This document shows positions 50,034-63,600 of a stretch of DNA of 64,000 nucleotides, piece after piece. The DNA is from Mobula hypostoma (Eukaryota): the NCBI RefSeq assembly GCF_963921235.1, contig NC_086097.1, forward strand, positions 250,482,001 to 250,546,000. Direction: 5' to 3'. Below the pieces are notes generated by a model. It was given only the letters and a program-made list of their open reading frames with translations. It did no database searches and was not told the origin of the DNA. Made by a program: the position numbers and the translations under genes. The stretch's first letter is position 1; each line of letters begins with the position of its first letter.

Positions 50034-50702
50034 CCATAAGAACCATAAGACATTGGAGCAGAATTAGGCCATTCAGCCCATCAAATCTGCTCTGCCATCC
50101 CATCATGGCTGATTTATTATCCTTCTCAACCCCATTCTTCTGCCTTCTCCCCGTAACCTTTAATCCTCTTACTAATCAAGACCCTATCAACCTTCACTTT
50201 AAATACTCTCAATGACTTGGCCTCAGCAACCATCTATGGCAATGAATTCCACAGATTCACCACCCTTTGGCTAAAGAAATTCCTCCCCATCTCTGTTCTA
50301 AATGGCCATCCCTCTATTCTGAGGCTGTGCCCTCTGCTCCTAGACTCTCCCCTATCTCCTCCCATCCACTCTATCTAGACCTTTCAAGATACAATGTCCT
50401 GAGATTAGAGGCCTCTGTATGTAGGAACGGGGCTTGTTTTGCTGTTGCTGTTTGTTGCTTCTTGTGTTCTGTGTTGCTCTGCAGAGCATTCTGCGAAAGC
50501 TGTTCACTAGAATGTGTGGTGAACCTTGCTGCCTGTCCCCCCAGAAAACCCTCGGATGTGTTCATCGTAATCACAAGTGACACATTTCAATGTACACATG
50601 ACTATCAAACTAGAATATTGAATCTTGCAGGGTAAGTTAGTGCTGAGGAAGGCAAATGTAATGTTAGCATTCACTTTAAGAGGACTGGAATATAAGAGCA
50701 AG

Positions 50703-51394
50703 GTACCGGTGACCCCTGTTTCCATCCAGGGGGTCAGTGTGGACATGGTGGAGGATTAAAGATACCTGGGGATACGAATTGACAATAAACTGGACTGGTC
50801 AAAGAACACTGAGGCTGTCTACAAGAAGGGTCAGAGCCGTCTCTATTTCCTGAGGAGACTGAGGTCCTTTAACATCTGCCGGACAATGCTGAGGATGTTC
50901 TACGAGTCTGTGGTGGCCAGTGCGATCATGTTTGCTGATGTGTGCTGGGGCAGCAGGCTGAGGGTAGCAGACACCAACAGAATCAACAAACTCATTCGTA
51001 AGGCCAGTGATGTTGTGGGGATGGAACTGGACTCTCTGACGGTGGTGTCTGAAAAGAGGATGCTGTCCAAGTTGCATGCCATCTTGGACAATGTCTCCCA
51101 TCCACTACATAATGTACTGGGTGGGCACAGGAGTACATTCAGCCAGAGACTCATTCCACCGAGATGCAACACAGAGCGTCATAGGAGGTCATTCCTCTCT
51201 GTGGCCATCAAACTTTACAACTCCTCCCTTGGAGGGTCAGACACCCTGAGCCAATAGGCTGGTCCTGGACTTATTTCCTGGCATAATTTACATATTATTA
51301 TTTAATTATTTATGGTTTTATATTGCTATATTTATACTTTGTCTTGATTGGTGCAACTGTAACGAAACTAAATTTCTGACTATGACAATGACTA
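50703..51394 (+). mobile_element. Young Rex1/Babar 3' fragment inserted into a CR1
   Basis: YKKGQSRLYFLRRLRSF..FYESVVASAI..TERHRRSFLSVAIKLYN; (GACTAT)n tail; CR1 sequence on both sides. Confidence 0.85.
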
Positions 51395-51938
51395 ATGCTG
51401 AGGCTTTGGTCAAATGCACTTGGAGTATTGTGAGCAGTTTTGGGCCCCTTATCTAAGAAAGAATGTGTTGGCATTGGAGAGGGTTCAAAGGAGATTCATG
51501 AGATTGATTCTGGAAATGAAAGGGTTAATGTATGACAAGTGTTTGATGGCTGGAGTTTAGAAGAATGGGGGCGGGGGGGCATCTCATTGAAATCTATCCA
51601 ATATTGAAAGACCTGAATAGAGTGGATGTGGAGAGGATGCTTCCTATAGTGGGGGTGTCTATGACCAGAGGGTACAGCCTCAGAATAGAGGGATGTCCAA
51701 TTAGAACAGAGATTAGCCAGAGGCTGCTGAATCTGTGGAATTCACTGCCTGAGACAGCTGTGGAGGCCAGGTCATTGCGTGTGCTTAAAACAGAGGTTGA
51801 CAGGTTCTTGATTAGTCAGGGTGTCAGCTGTTTTGGGGAGAATGAGGTTAAGAGGGATAATAAATCAGCCATGATGGAATGGTGGGTCAGACTTGATGGG
51901 CTGGATAGCCCAATTCTGCTCCTATGTCTTATGGTCTT
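51395..51938 (+). mobile_element. CR1 LINE 3' end (continuation of 50630-50702)
   Basis: HLEYCEQFWAP, NLWNSLP motifs; CR1-type 3' UTR. Confidence 0.8.
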
Positions 51939-53429
51939 GATTCCTGAATCTTGTTTCTGGTTTACATATCAGATGGAATGATATTGACAGCTCCAAGGAG
52001 ATTTTACAAACATTCCCCTTTCATCTGCTGAGTGCTGCCAACAATTTTGTTTTTAATGTTGGCTTCGGGAAAATGGAGTCGTGTAAAATCTGAAAACAGG
52101 AATTAGAGAAGCTGCTGAGAATAAACCTGATCTGAATAGATTAAGAAAGCAAACAAGCCCCAGGTTCACTGTATCTATTACCCCTGTTGGACTGGGCTGT
52201 CGAATTTTTTTGGTGTATTTTTCTTGTACTAATGTAAGCTTTCTAATGTTTCAGAATAAGAATCAGAATTACAAACTATTCTAATTCTGCTCGAGAAGAG
52301 AGCATGACTGGGGTGGTGGGGGTCCGTGATGATGGATGCTGCAATTCTGCGACATTTTGTCTAGGTGTTCTCAGTGGTGGGGAGGGCTTTGCCTGTGATA
52401 GGCTGGGCTGTATCCACTACTTTTTGAAGGATTTTCCATTCGAGGGCATTGGCGTTTCCATACCAGGCCGTGATGCAGCCAGTCAATATACTCTCCTCTA
52501 CACATCTATAGATGTTCAGACAAGTGGGAATTCTTTAATGTTGCTCTGCAATCTAAACGTGTACCAGTATGTTCAGGTCTGGGGAGGGCAATGCTAAATT
52601 GGTTTAGTTGGTTTATTGTTCAAAATTGTTTATTGTTTAATGTCATTTCCATTACACAAGTGTAGAGGAGCATGGAATATTTGTTACTCCAGATCCGATG
52701 CAGCACAAAAAAAACACACAGTAAGATAAAGAACACAATAATAAAACAACACAATAAATATAAATACATATGATAGCCCATATACATAGATTGATTGTAC
52801 GTCCATAAAGTGATGCTAGGCACAGGAGTGTCTGTACATAAGGTGACTGACTGGAAATGATAAAGTAGTGGTGGTTGGGGGTGTGGAGGGGAGGGTTAGT
52901 GGGTGGAGGTGTTGATCAGCCTTACTGCTTGGGGAAAGTAATTGTTTTTGAGTCTGGTTGTCCTGGTGAGGATGCTACATAGTTTCCTCCCTGATGGGAG
53001 TGGGACAAACAGTCCATGAGCAGGGTGGGTGGGATCCTTCATGATGTTACTGGCCCTTTCCTGGCAACTTTCTGTATAAATGTCCTTGATAGCGGGTAGG
53101 TTGGTGCAGGTGATGCATTGGGCAGTTTTGACTACCTGCTGTAGAGATCATTGTCACAAGCACGAGGAAAAGTTGCCACACCCACAGGAAAATTTGCAAG
53201 GACATTGCCAGGGTTTGAGCTCCTAAGTTACAGGGAAAGGTCAACTAGGTCCCACCACTCTCTGTGTAAAAAACTTACCTCTGACATCCCCCTATTCTTC
53301 CTTCCAGTCACCTTAAAATTCTGCCCCTTTGTATAAGGGTTGTTCCTCTGGTTAGGCTCTGGAGAAGGCTGATGACAGGCAACTTCATCAGCGAATGGGA
53401 AGGGAAATTGAAATGATGCGTAACTGACA

Positions 53430-54355
53430 GCACATGATGAAAATCCGTGCCCACCCGCTCTTCCCCAGGGAGAGGGTTCTTCTTGACCTCACCTACCACC
53501 CCATGAGCCTCTACATCCAAGACATCAGTTTCTGCAACTACCACTATCTCCAAATGTATCCGATCCCCCTCTCACTTTCTGAGGGATCGCTCCCTCCATG
53601 ATTCCCTTCTCTATTCATCCCTCCCTCCAGGCACTTATCCCTAAGTGCTCTCCTGCCCATACAGCTCCTCCCTCCCCTCCGTTCAGAGCCGCAAACCGTT
53701 GTTCCAGGTGAGGCAACACTTCACCTGTGAATCTCTGGTGGTTTGTCTATTACGTCTGGTGCTGCCGATGCGACCTCCTCCATGCTGGTGAGGCGCGTCG
53801 GAAGTTGGGGAACCACTTCATCGAGCACCTCTGCTCCATCCTCCAAAAGTGAATCTTTTTTAACAATTTAATTCCCATTCCCACTCCCGTTCTGACATGT
53901 CGGTCCATGGCCTCCTCTTGTGCCATGATGAGGCCACCCTCAGGGTGGAGGGACAACACATTGTATTCTGTCGGGCTGGCCTGATGGCACGAATATCAAT
54001 TTCTTCCTCTGGTAAAAAAAAATCCTCTCCCTCCCCTCTTCTTCTATTACCACTCTGGCCTTTCATCTCTTCTCATCTGCCTGTCGCCTCTCCCTCCCCC
54101 TCCCCCCGGTCCCCCTCCTCCTTCCCTCTCTCCTATGGTCTACTCTCCTCTCCTATCAAATTCTTTCCTCTCCAGCCCTTTACCTTTCCCTGCCTACCAG
54201 GCTTCAGCTGTCACCTCCCAGCAATCCTCCTTCCCCTCACCCCCACCTTTTTATTCCGGTATCTTCTTCCTGAATCCTCTTCAGCCTGAAACATCGACTG
54301 CTTATTCATTTCCATAGATGCTGCCTGACCTGCTGAGTTCCTCCAGCATTTTGCT
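53430..54355 (+). mobile_element. Penelope-like (Neptune-type) element: RT thumb, GIY-YIG and pLTR
   Basis: LTYHPMSL, FQVRQHFTCES, LGNHFIEHL, MSVHGLLLCHDEATLRVEGQHIVF. Confidence 0.8.
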
Positions 54356-55519
54356 GTGATGAAATTTGATGACAGAACACAGCTGCTCTGCAAGACACCT
54401 ATGGTCACCTAGTCTTCCGAATGTGGAAGCTTTTAGGGAGGGAACAGAGGAGACTTACCAGGACGCTGCCTGGATTAGAGAGCATGTCTTACGAGGAGAG
54501 GCTGAGCGAGCGAAGGCTTCTTTCTTCGAAGCGAAGGTGGATGAGAGGTGACCTGATAGAGGTGTGCAAGAACATAGAGTGAACAGTCAGTACTTTTTTC
54601 CCAGTGGAAAAATGGCTAATACGAGGGGGAATCATTGTAAGATGCATGGAGGAGAGTATAGGGAAGGTGTCAGAGGTTCCATTTTTACACGGAGAGTGGT
54701 GAGTGTGTGGAACGTGCTGCCAGGGGTGGTGGTAGAGGCAGATAAATTAGGGACGTTTGAGAAACTCTCCAATACGCAAATGTTTGATACAAAAATAGAG
54801 AGTTATGTAGGAGGGAAGGGTTAGTTTGATGTTAGAGTAGGTTGGTACAACATTGTGGGCCAGTGATCTATATTCTATGTTCTGTGTTGTATGTCCGTTT
54901 TTCAGAATTGGCCAGTTCAGCTGTAGGTCATTCTTCTGTCACATTGATCCAATTATTTTTCTGAAATTCTAAACACATTAAATAATTTTAATTATCAGAC
55001 CTTATTTCAAAGAAACGACAACATAGAAAGAATTGAATTAGTCCCAGACTTGAGAGGTTCTGCAGATGCTGGAAATCCAGAGTAACACATAAAATGCTGG
55101 AGTAATTCAGCAGGTCAGGCAGTATGTAGAGAAATGTATAAACAGTCGCCATTCCGGCCTGAGACCTTTCATCAGGACTGGAAAGGAAGGGCGAAGAGCC
55201 AGAATAAGAAGGTTGTGGGGTGGGGTGGGGGGGGGGAGTCACTGCTCTTCTACAAAGCAAATCCATTCTCTACAGGAAAAAAAGCTGTAAATTCTCAAGA
55301 GGTCCTTGTTTGTTCTCTTCAGTTTCTTGGCTTCACTGGAATTATTCTTCGCGATGAATAACGTTCTCCCCAAACTCAGAGATCAACAATCCGTAAAGAT
55401 CAACAGGTACTAAATATATTATTTGAAGACAGAGTACTGGTATTAATGGCAGGATTCTTAGCAGTGGGGAGGATCAGAGGCAACAGAGGCACCATCTATT
55501 GAGAGGATGTTTGAGAGGC

Positions 55520-56165
55520 GAAGCAGTTCCGACCCTCCAAGCAGACCATTGCCTTTGTCAGAGCTGGGGAGCAGCCAAAACCTGCCAAAAGGACATCTGC
55601 AGGCATTCTGACCTCTGCAAGGGACTGGCAGCTGTTGGTGGATCTCGAACGGCAGCTGAAGTTCCCCAACCATATCGCAGCCACCACCCTGCGACCAGAC
55701 ATTGTCCTAGTGTCTGAGTCTACTAAGCAAGTGGTGCTGCTGGAGCTGACAGTCCCGTGGGAAGATAGCTTGGAAGAGGCCTTTGAAAGGAAGCTCTCTA
55801 AGTACGCAGGACTGGTCAGCAACTGTCAGCAGGCTGGATGGAGAGTGAGGTGTCTCCCAGTGGAGGCTGGTTGTAGGGGATTCGTAGCCCGTTCTTTAGT
55901 TAGAGCCTTCAGCATTTTGGGCATCGAGGGAGAGAGGAAGAGGAGAGCCATCCACAGTACCACCGATGCGGCAGAGAGGGCCTCAAGATGGCTGTGGCTC
56001 AAAAGAGGGGAGCCATGGAGTCATAAGTAGCTAGCTATCTGGACACAAGCTGGGGTCTGATCAGCCCCGGCTGGGTCACCTGGAGGAGGTTGTATGATGT
56101 TGAAAGACCTGAAACACCCAATGATTCCAGGAACATCACTGAAGATGTGTCCAGAAGCATCAATA
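55520..56165 (+). mobile_element. HERO-type LINE 3' end with open restriction-like endonuclease domain
   Basis: TTLRPDIVLVSESTKQVVLLELTVPWEDSLEEAFERKLSKY..PVEAGCRGF..AERASRWLWLKR. Confidence 0.85.
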
Positions 56166-56635
56166 GATGTATGTACACAGCTGGCTGAGACCCTTCAGCA
56201 CGACTGGTGTCAGTTTCAACATGAAAGGTTGACAATTGACACATACAATGGGTGCTCTTAGACATGCTGAGTTCCTCCAGCAGGCTGCATCACAGCCTGG
56301 TATGGAAACACCAATGCCCTTGAATGGAAAAGCCTACATTAAGTAGTAGATATGGTCCAGTTTATCACAGTTAAAGCCCTCCCAACTACTGAGCACATCT
56401 ACATGAACTGCTGTCACAGGAAAGCAGCATCCATCATCAAGGACCCCCTCCACTCAGGTCATGCTCTCTTCAGGAGCCTCAGGACTCGAACCACCAGGTT
56501 CAGGAACAGTTATTACCCCTCAACCGTCAGGCTCTTGAACTAAAGGGGATAACTTCACTCAACTTCACTTGTCCCATCACTGAACTGTTCCCACATCCTA
56601 TTCAAAGACTCTTTATCTCATCTTCTCAGTTAAAG

Positions 56636-57455
56636 GCGGAGCTTAGGAGGGATGATGGCGCCTAACGGCGACTCCTTTGCTTCAGAAACAGCTCTATTTC
56701 TACCTTTAATATCTCTATTTTTCCCTTTCAGGGTTCTTTTGAAGTCCCTGACTTGGAGTTACACACAGGCTTCAGTTCTTTGTGGGAATGGGACCCATTC
56801 TCAGGGTTCCACGACTGGCCGTTATTCAACATGCCAAGGGTTTGGCCTAAGCGTCTCGATCGTGTTCAGAAGCCTAAGATCTCGGAGCTCTGGAGGTGGC
56901 CGGATCGAGGGTCAGTGTCACAGCAGGTGACTCGTGTGTCGTCAGGGAGACGGAAAATCTTTCGCTGTGAGCCCGAAGACCTAAGGTCTTAGCGATCTTC
57001 GGACACAGAGCTCGAAAAAAGCGACGAAACAGACTTTTAACATCGAAAACCAGCGGGTTGTTGCTATGTTTCCCGCTTGCTGTGAAAATGGGGGACACCT
57101 CCTTCTCCCTTGCCAGGGAGAGAGAGAGCCTGCGGGTTGTCGAATTTGGATGAAATGCAAAGCTTTTGGGGTAACTTTGGTCAGTGTCTTTGCTATAGCT
57201 TAGCACACGCTCGGGCTCAGTGACGGTACCGATGCGGTTTTTTTTGCTGGTGGGGGGAGGGAGGATTGTTGCTTGCTGTCACTTATGCGCGGGGGGGGAA
57301 CTGGGGAAAGGGACTTTGGGGTTCTCACATTTAACTGTTGTTTATTCTTTGGGGCTCTTCTCTGTTTTTATGGATGTTTGCGAAGAAAAAGCATTTCAGG
57401 ATGTATATTGTATACATTTCTCTGACATTAAATTCAACCTTTGAACCTTTGAACC
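56636..57455 (+). mobile_element. Non-autonomous LINE-tailed retroposon inserted in a Rex1 3' UTR
   Basis: CpG-rich body, ends ATTAAA followed by (AACCTTTG)n; flanks belong to one Rex1-type 3' UTR. Confidence 0.45.
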
Positions 57456-57699
57456 TCTATTGCTTATATATTTATTATTATTATTTCTTTCATTTTTGTT
57501 CTTGCAGTTTGTTTCCTTTTACACATTGGTTAAACACCCAAGTTGGTGCAGTCTTTCATAGATTCTGTTATGGTTATTGGATTTATTGAGTATGCCTGCA
57601 AGACAGGGAATCTTAAGGTTTGTCTATGGTGACATATATGTACTTAGATAATAAGTTTACTTTGAACTTTGAGCTTTGAGAATGTTTTACTCACTTTAC

Positions 57700-58090
57700 A
57701 CCGCACGCTGTCAGAGCAGTGCTGCCAGGATAATCAAGGACACGACCCACCCAGCCAACACACTTTTCATCCCTCTTCCCTCGGGAGAAGGCTTGAAGAC
57801 TCATACAGCCAGATTTGGGAACAGCTTCTTTCCAACTGTGATAAGACTGCTGAACGGATCCTGACCCAGATCTGGGCCGTACCCTCCAAATATCCGGACC
57901 TGCCTCTCGGTTTTTTTGCACTACCTTACTTCCCATTTTTCTATTTTCTATTTATGATTTATAATTTAAATTTTTAATAATTAGTATTGATTTGTAATCC
58001 AGGGAGCGGGAAGCACAGAATCAAATATCGCTGTGATGATTGTACGTTCTAGTATCAATTGTTTGGCGACAATAAAGTATAAAGTGTAAA
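57700..58090 (+). mobile_element. Rex1/Babar 3' fragment
   Basis: AARIIKDTTHPANTLFIPLPSG..RFGNSFFPTVIRLLN; 3' UTR matches 3170-3448. Confidence 0.75.
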
Positions 58091-58360
58091 GTTTTTTGCT
58101 CCAGATTTCAGTGTCTGTAGTTTTTTATGTCTCGAAGATTTAAAGCTTGTTGCAAAAGTGGAAGAGATCAAAGCAATGAAACTCTCCTTTGCACTACATA
58201 ATCTTCCTACTTACATTGAAATTTTCCTATATATATTTCTTTGTCGTCATTGTTGAATTCAATATTAAACCTCAAAGATTGTAACTTGCCTTGAAGAAAG
58301 ATAAACTGCTCTTGCTCAAGTTTATGCTGAGCTTCACTGGAACAGAGCAAGTGGCCAAAA

Positions 58361-58620
58361 ACAGAGACTATGGAGTGGAGGTGGGATGGAGAACTCAACT
58401 GAGAGGGAACTCGAAACTCAGAGATAAACAGAGGCTATGGAGTGGAGGTGGGATGGAGAACTCAACTGAGAGGGAACTAGAAACGCAGAGAAAAACAGAC
58501 TACAGAGTGGAGGTGGGATGGAGAACTCAAATGAGAGGTAACTCGAAACTCAGAGATAAACAGAGGCTATGGAGTGGAGGTGGGATGGAGAACTCAACTG
58601 AGAGGGAACTAGAAACTCAG
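58361..58620 (+). repeat. Tandem repeat, four units with 67/65/67-bp spacing, adjoining a minus-strand PLE remnant
   Basis: GAGTGGAGGTGGGATGGAGAACTCAA at 58373, 58440, 58505, 58572. Confidence 0.9.
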
Positions 58621-58659
58621 GACCATCCTTGTGTAGTGAATTCATTAGAAAAAAAACAG

Positions 58660-58905
58660 GGTGTGGCACAGTGGTGTCGTGGCTAGAGCAATGCTGTTAC
58701 AGCGCCAAGGAACTGGGTTCAATTCTCGCTGCTGTCTGTAAGGAGCTTGTATGATCTCCCCCTGACAGCAAGGGTTTCCTCCCAGTCCAAGGATGTTTGG
58801 GTTAATAGGTAAATCGTCCTGTGATTTGGCTAGGGTTAAATAAGTGGGTTGCTGGGAAGTGTGGCTCATTGGGCCTGTTCTGCGCTGTATCTGTAAATAA
58901 ATAAA
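58660..58905 (+). mobile_element. V-SINE
   Basis: tRNA-like head with GGGTTCAATTC, partial V core, (TAAA)n tail. Confidence 0.7.
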
Positions 58906-59786
58906 TTACATTCAGTAGTATTCCAAACTTTGCTTATTTACTTGGTCCAAGAACAAGTTTGATCTCCAAATCTCACTGACCACTCTAGTCAATGGAAGTA
59001 CTGTGTGAATAAGAATATTGTTTGGATGATCTTTTTTGTGTCAATTATTTTAAAGCATCCTTAGTTTGTGTTAATACTGAATTGAAATGTTAATGATGTA
59101 ATAATAATAGGAATGCTGGTTGTGTTGCTAGGGCAGATGAAGAACATCAAAAGGCAAACCTTTAAGAAATAGTATAGTGGCTTTATACCTGTCAACCGAC
59201 TCAAAGCTCAGTCTAATTCTTCCCTCCATTTTCTTTCATCCATGTGCCTATCTATGAGTTTCTTAAATGTCCTTCATATATCCAACTCAACCATCACCCC
59301 GGCAGAGCGTTCCATACACCCACCTCTCTTTGTGTTTACTGTTTACCTGTGCTGCGTACTACATGCATTTTGAATTATATTTTATTAACTTATTTGTGGT
59401 AATATTTTGTTTTTTTTCTGCTGGGCGTGATATATGTTTTGTGGGTGCACTGGAAGAACATTGTTTCATTTGGTCATATATATGTACAGTCAGATGACAA
59501 TAAACTTGAACTTGGAAAAAAAAACTGCCTCTAACAGCAAATTAATCCAGCTAATTTCAACATATTGATTCACGTAAACAGATCCAGACTTAATAAATAC
59601 ACGTCATTTTAGATTAAAAGCTAAAAAAAAAACTCTCAACACTTAATTCACACAGACTTACCACGGGTAGTGGGGAGGGGGGGAAGGTTGCAACTCTCAA
59701 CTGGGAACACGTACCTCAGATCTTGACTTACGGGATGATGTGAAAGAAATACTTAGTCTCCAATGATTGATTGGTGTCCGATAACT

Positions 59787-60168
59787 AGGGAGATCTCATT
59801 GAAACCTACTGAATATAGAGTGGACGTGGAGAGGATGTTTCAATAGTGGGGGAGTCTAGGACTGGAGGGCACAGCCTCGGAATAGAGGGACGTCCATTTA
59901 GAATGGAGATGAAAAGGAATTTCTTTAGACAGAGGGTGGTGAGTCTGTGGAATTCATTGCCACAGGCGGCTGTGGAGGCCAAGTCATTGGGTGTATTTAA
60001 GCAGAGGTTGATCAATTCTTGAATGGTCAGGGCATAAAGGGAAATGGGGAGATGGGGAGAAGGCAGGAGACTGGGGCTGAGTGGGAAGATGGATCAGCCA
60101 TAATGAAATGGCAGAGCAGACCTGGTGGACCAAATAGCCCAATTCTGCTCCTATGTCTTGTGGTCTTA
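59787..60168 (+). mobile_element. CR1 LINE 3' end
   Basis: GDLIETY, FFRQRVVSLWNSLP motifs; CR1 3' UTR. Confidence 0.8.
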
Positions 60169-60682
60169 ACTAAAGCTGTCTCATAATGACATGTGAGTTT
60201 GAAGGTACAACATAAAGATGAGCAGAATTATCTGCTTGGTCCAAATGCGCCCAATAATATTCTTTTTCACTTTATTTTCACATCATCAGTTGTTGGGAAT
60301 TACTGAGAAAGTCTGAAGCTAAATTCAGACTGAGAGGTTGATGTCAACATTTAAGAGAAGTTTGGGTAAGTATATGGATGGGGGAGGTATGGAGGGTTAT
60401 GGTCCAGCTGCCAGTTGATGGGATTAGGCACGCAGTAGATAAGTTGTAGTGCCTGTATCTGTGCTGTAGTGTTCTGTGACATTCCTGGCTCGTACAACTG
60501 TATCTTCAAATCATTTTGAAATTCATTAACAAATTGATACAATATACAGTGATTACAGCTTGGGCCATCGGAGTTTGGAGTTCAATTCTGATGTCATCTA
60601 TAAGGAGCCTGTATGTCCTCCCCATAGAATGCATGGCTGTTTCTTGGGTGATGCAGTTTCCTCCCACAGGCCAAAGAGTACC

Positions 60683-63600
60683 AGTAATCTCGGGATTACT
60701 GCCTGTGCCACGCGACAGTGAGAGTAGGAATGTGATGAGGTGGAGGATAAATGCGTGGCTGAGGGATTGGAGCAGGGGGCAGGGATTCAAGTTTTTGGAT
60801 CATTGGGACCTCTTTTGGCGCAGGCATGACCTGTACAAAAAGGACGGGTTACACTTGACTCCTAGGGGGACCAATATCCTGGCAGGGAGATTAGCGAGGG
60901 CTACTGAGGTGACTTTAAACTAGAATGGTTGGGGGGTGGGAATCAAATTAAAGAGGCTAGGCGAGAGGAGGTTAGTTCACAGCAGAGGGATGGGAACCAG
61001 TGCAGAGAGACAGAGGGGTGTAAAGTGAGGGTAGAAGCAAAAAGTAGTAAGGTGAAAAGTAAAAGTGGCAGGCCGACAAATCCAGGGCAAGCATCAAAAA
61101 GGGCCACTTTTCAACATAATTGTATAAGGGCTAAGAGAGTTGTAAAAGCGAGCCTGAAGGCTTTGTGTGTCAATGCAAGGAGCATTGGTAACAAGGTGGA
61201 TGAATTAAAAGTGCAGATTGTTATTAATGAATATGATATAGTTGGGATCACAGAGACATGGCTCCAGGGTAACCAAAGATGGGAGCTCAACATTCAGGGA
61301 TATTCAATATTCAGGAGGGATAGACATGAAAGAAAAGGAGGTGGGGTAGCATTGCTGGTTAGAGAGGAGATTAATGCAATAGAAAGGAAGGACATAAGCC
61401 GGGAGGATGTGGAATCGATATGGGTAGAGCTGCATAACACTAAGGGGCAGAAAACGCTGGTGGGATTGTGTACAGGCCACCTAACAGTAGTAGTGAGGTT
61501 GGGGATGGTATTAAACAGGAAATTAGAAATGTGTGCAATAAAGGAACAGCAGTTATAATGGGTGACTTCAATCTACATATAGATTGGGTGAACCAAATTG
61601 GTAAGGGTGCTGAGGAAGAGGATTTCTTGGAATGTATGCGGGATGGTTTTTTGAACCAACATGTCGAGGAACCAACTAGAGAGCAGGCTATTCTGGACTG
61701 GGTTTTGAGCAATGAGGAAGGGTTAATTAGCAATCTTGTCGTGAGAGGTCCCTTGGGTAAGAGTGACCATAATATGGTGGAATTCTTCATTAAGATGGAG
61801 AGTGACATAGTTAATTCAGAAACAAAGGTTCTGAACTTAAAGAAGGGTAACTTTGAAGGTATGAGACGTGAATTAGCTAAGATAGACTGGCAAATGACAC
61901 TTAAAGGGTTGACGGTGGATATGCAATGGCAAGCATTTAAAGATCGCATGGATGAACTACAACAATTGTTCATCCCAGTTTGGCAAAAGAATAAATCAAG
62001 GAAGGTAGTGCACCTGTGGCTGACAAGGGAAATTAGGGATAGTATCAATTCCAAAGAAGAAGCATACAAATTAGCCAGAGAAAGTGGCTCACCTGAGGAC
62101 TGGGAGAAATTCAGAGTTCAGCAGAGGAGGACAAAGGGCTTAATTAGGAAGGGGAAAAAAGATTATGAGAGAAAACTGGCAGGGAACATAAAAACTGACT
62201 GTAAAAGCTTTTATAGATATGTGAAAAGAAAAAGATTGGTTAAGACAAATGTAGGTCCCCTACAGACAGAAACAGGTGAATTGATTATGGGGAGCAAGGA
62301 CATGGCAGACCAATTGAATAATTACTTTGGTTCTGTCTTCACTAAGGAGGACATAAATAATCTTCTGGAAATAGTAGGGGACAGGGGGTCCAGTGAAATG
62401 GAGGAACTGAGGGAAATACATGATAGTAGGGAAGTGGTGTTAGGTAAATTGAAGGGATTAAAGGCGGATAAATCCCCAGGGCCAGATGGTCTGCATCTCA
62501 GAGTGCTTAAGGAAGTAGCCCAAGAAATAGTGGATGCATTAGTGATAATTTTTCAAAACTCTTTAGATTCTGGACTAGTTCCTGAGGATTGGAGGGTGGC
62601 TAATGTAACCCCACTTTTTAAAAAAGGAGGGAGAGAGAAACTGGGGAATTATAGACCAGTTAGCCTAACATCGGTGGTGGGGAAACTGCTGGAGTCAGTT
62701 ATCAAAGATGTGATAACAGCACATTTGGAAAGCGGTGAAATGATCGGACAAAGTCAGCATGGATTTGCGAAAGGAAAATCATGTCTGACGATCATGTCTG
62801 TCTGATGTAACTGGTAGAGTGGATAGGGGAGAACCAGTGGATGTGGTATATTTGGATTTTCAAAAGGCTTTTGACAAGATCCCACACAGGAGATTAGTGT
62901 ACAAACTTAAAGCACACGGTATTGGGGGTAAGGTATTGATGTGGGTAGAGAATTGGTTGGCAGACAGGAAGCAAAGAGTGGGAATAAACGGGACCTTCTC
63001 AGAATGGCAGGCAGTGACTAGTGGGGTACTGCAAGGCTCAGTGCTGGAACCCCAGTTGTCTACAATATATATTAATGACTTGGATGAGGGAATTAAATGC
63101 AGCATCTCCAAGTTTGCGGATGACAGGAAGCTGGGTGGCAGTGTTAGCTGTGAGGAGGGTGCTAAGAGGATGCAGGGTGACTTGGATACGTTAGGTGAGT
63201 GGGCAAATTCATGGCAGATGCAATTTAATGTGGATAAACGTGAAGTTATCTACTTTGGTGGCAAAAACAGGAAAACAGATTATTATCTGAATGGTGGCCG
63301 ATTAGGAAAAGGGGAGGTGCAATGAGACCTGGGTGTCATTATACACCAGTCATTGAAAGTGGGCATGTAGATACAGCGGGCGGTGAAAAAGGCGAATGGT
63401 ATGCTAGCATTTATAGCAAGAGGATTCGAGTACAGGAGCAGGGAGGTACTACTGCAGTTGTACAAGGCCTTGGTGAGACCATACCTGGAGTGTTGTGTGC
63501 AGTTTTGGTCCCCTAATCTGAGGAAAGACATTGAGGGAGTACAAAGAAGGTTCACCAGATTGATTCCTGGGATGGCAGGACTTTCATATGATGAAAGACT

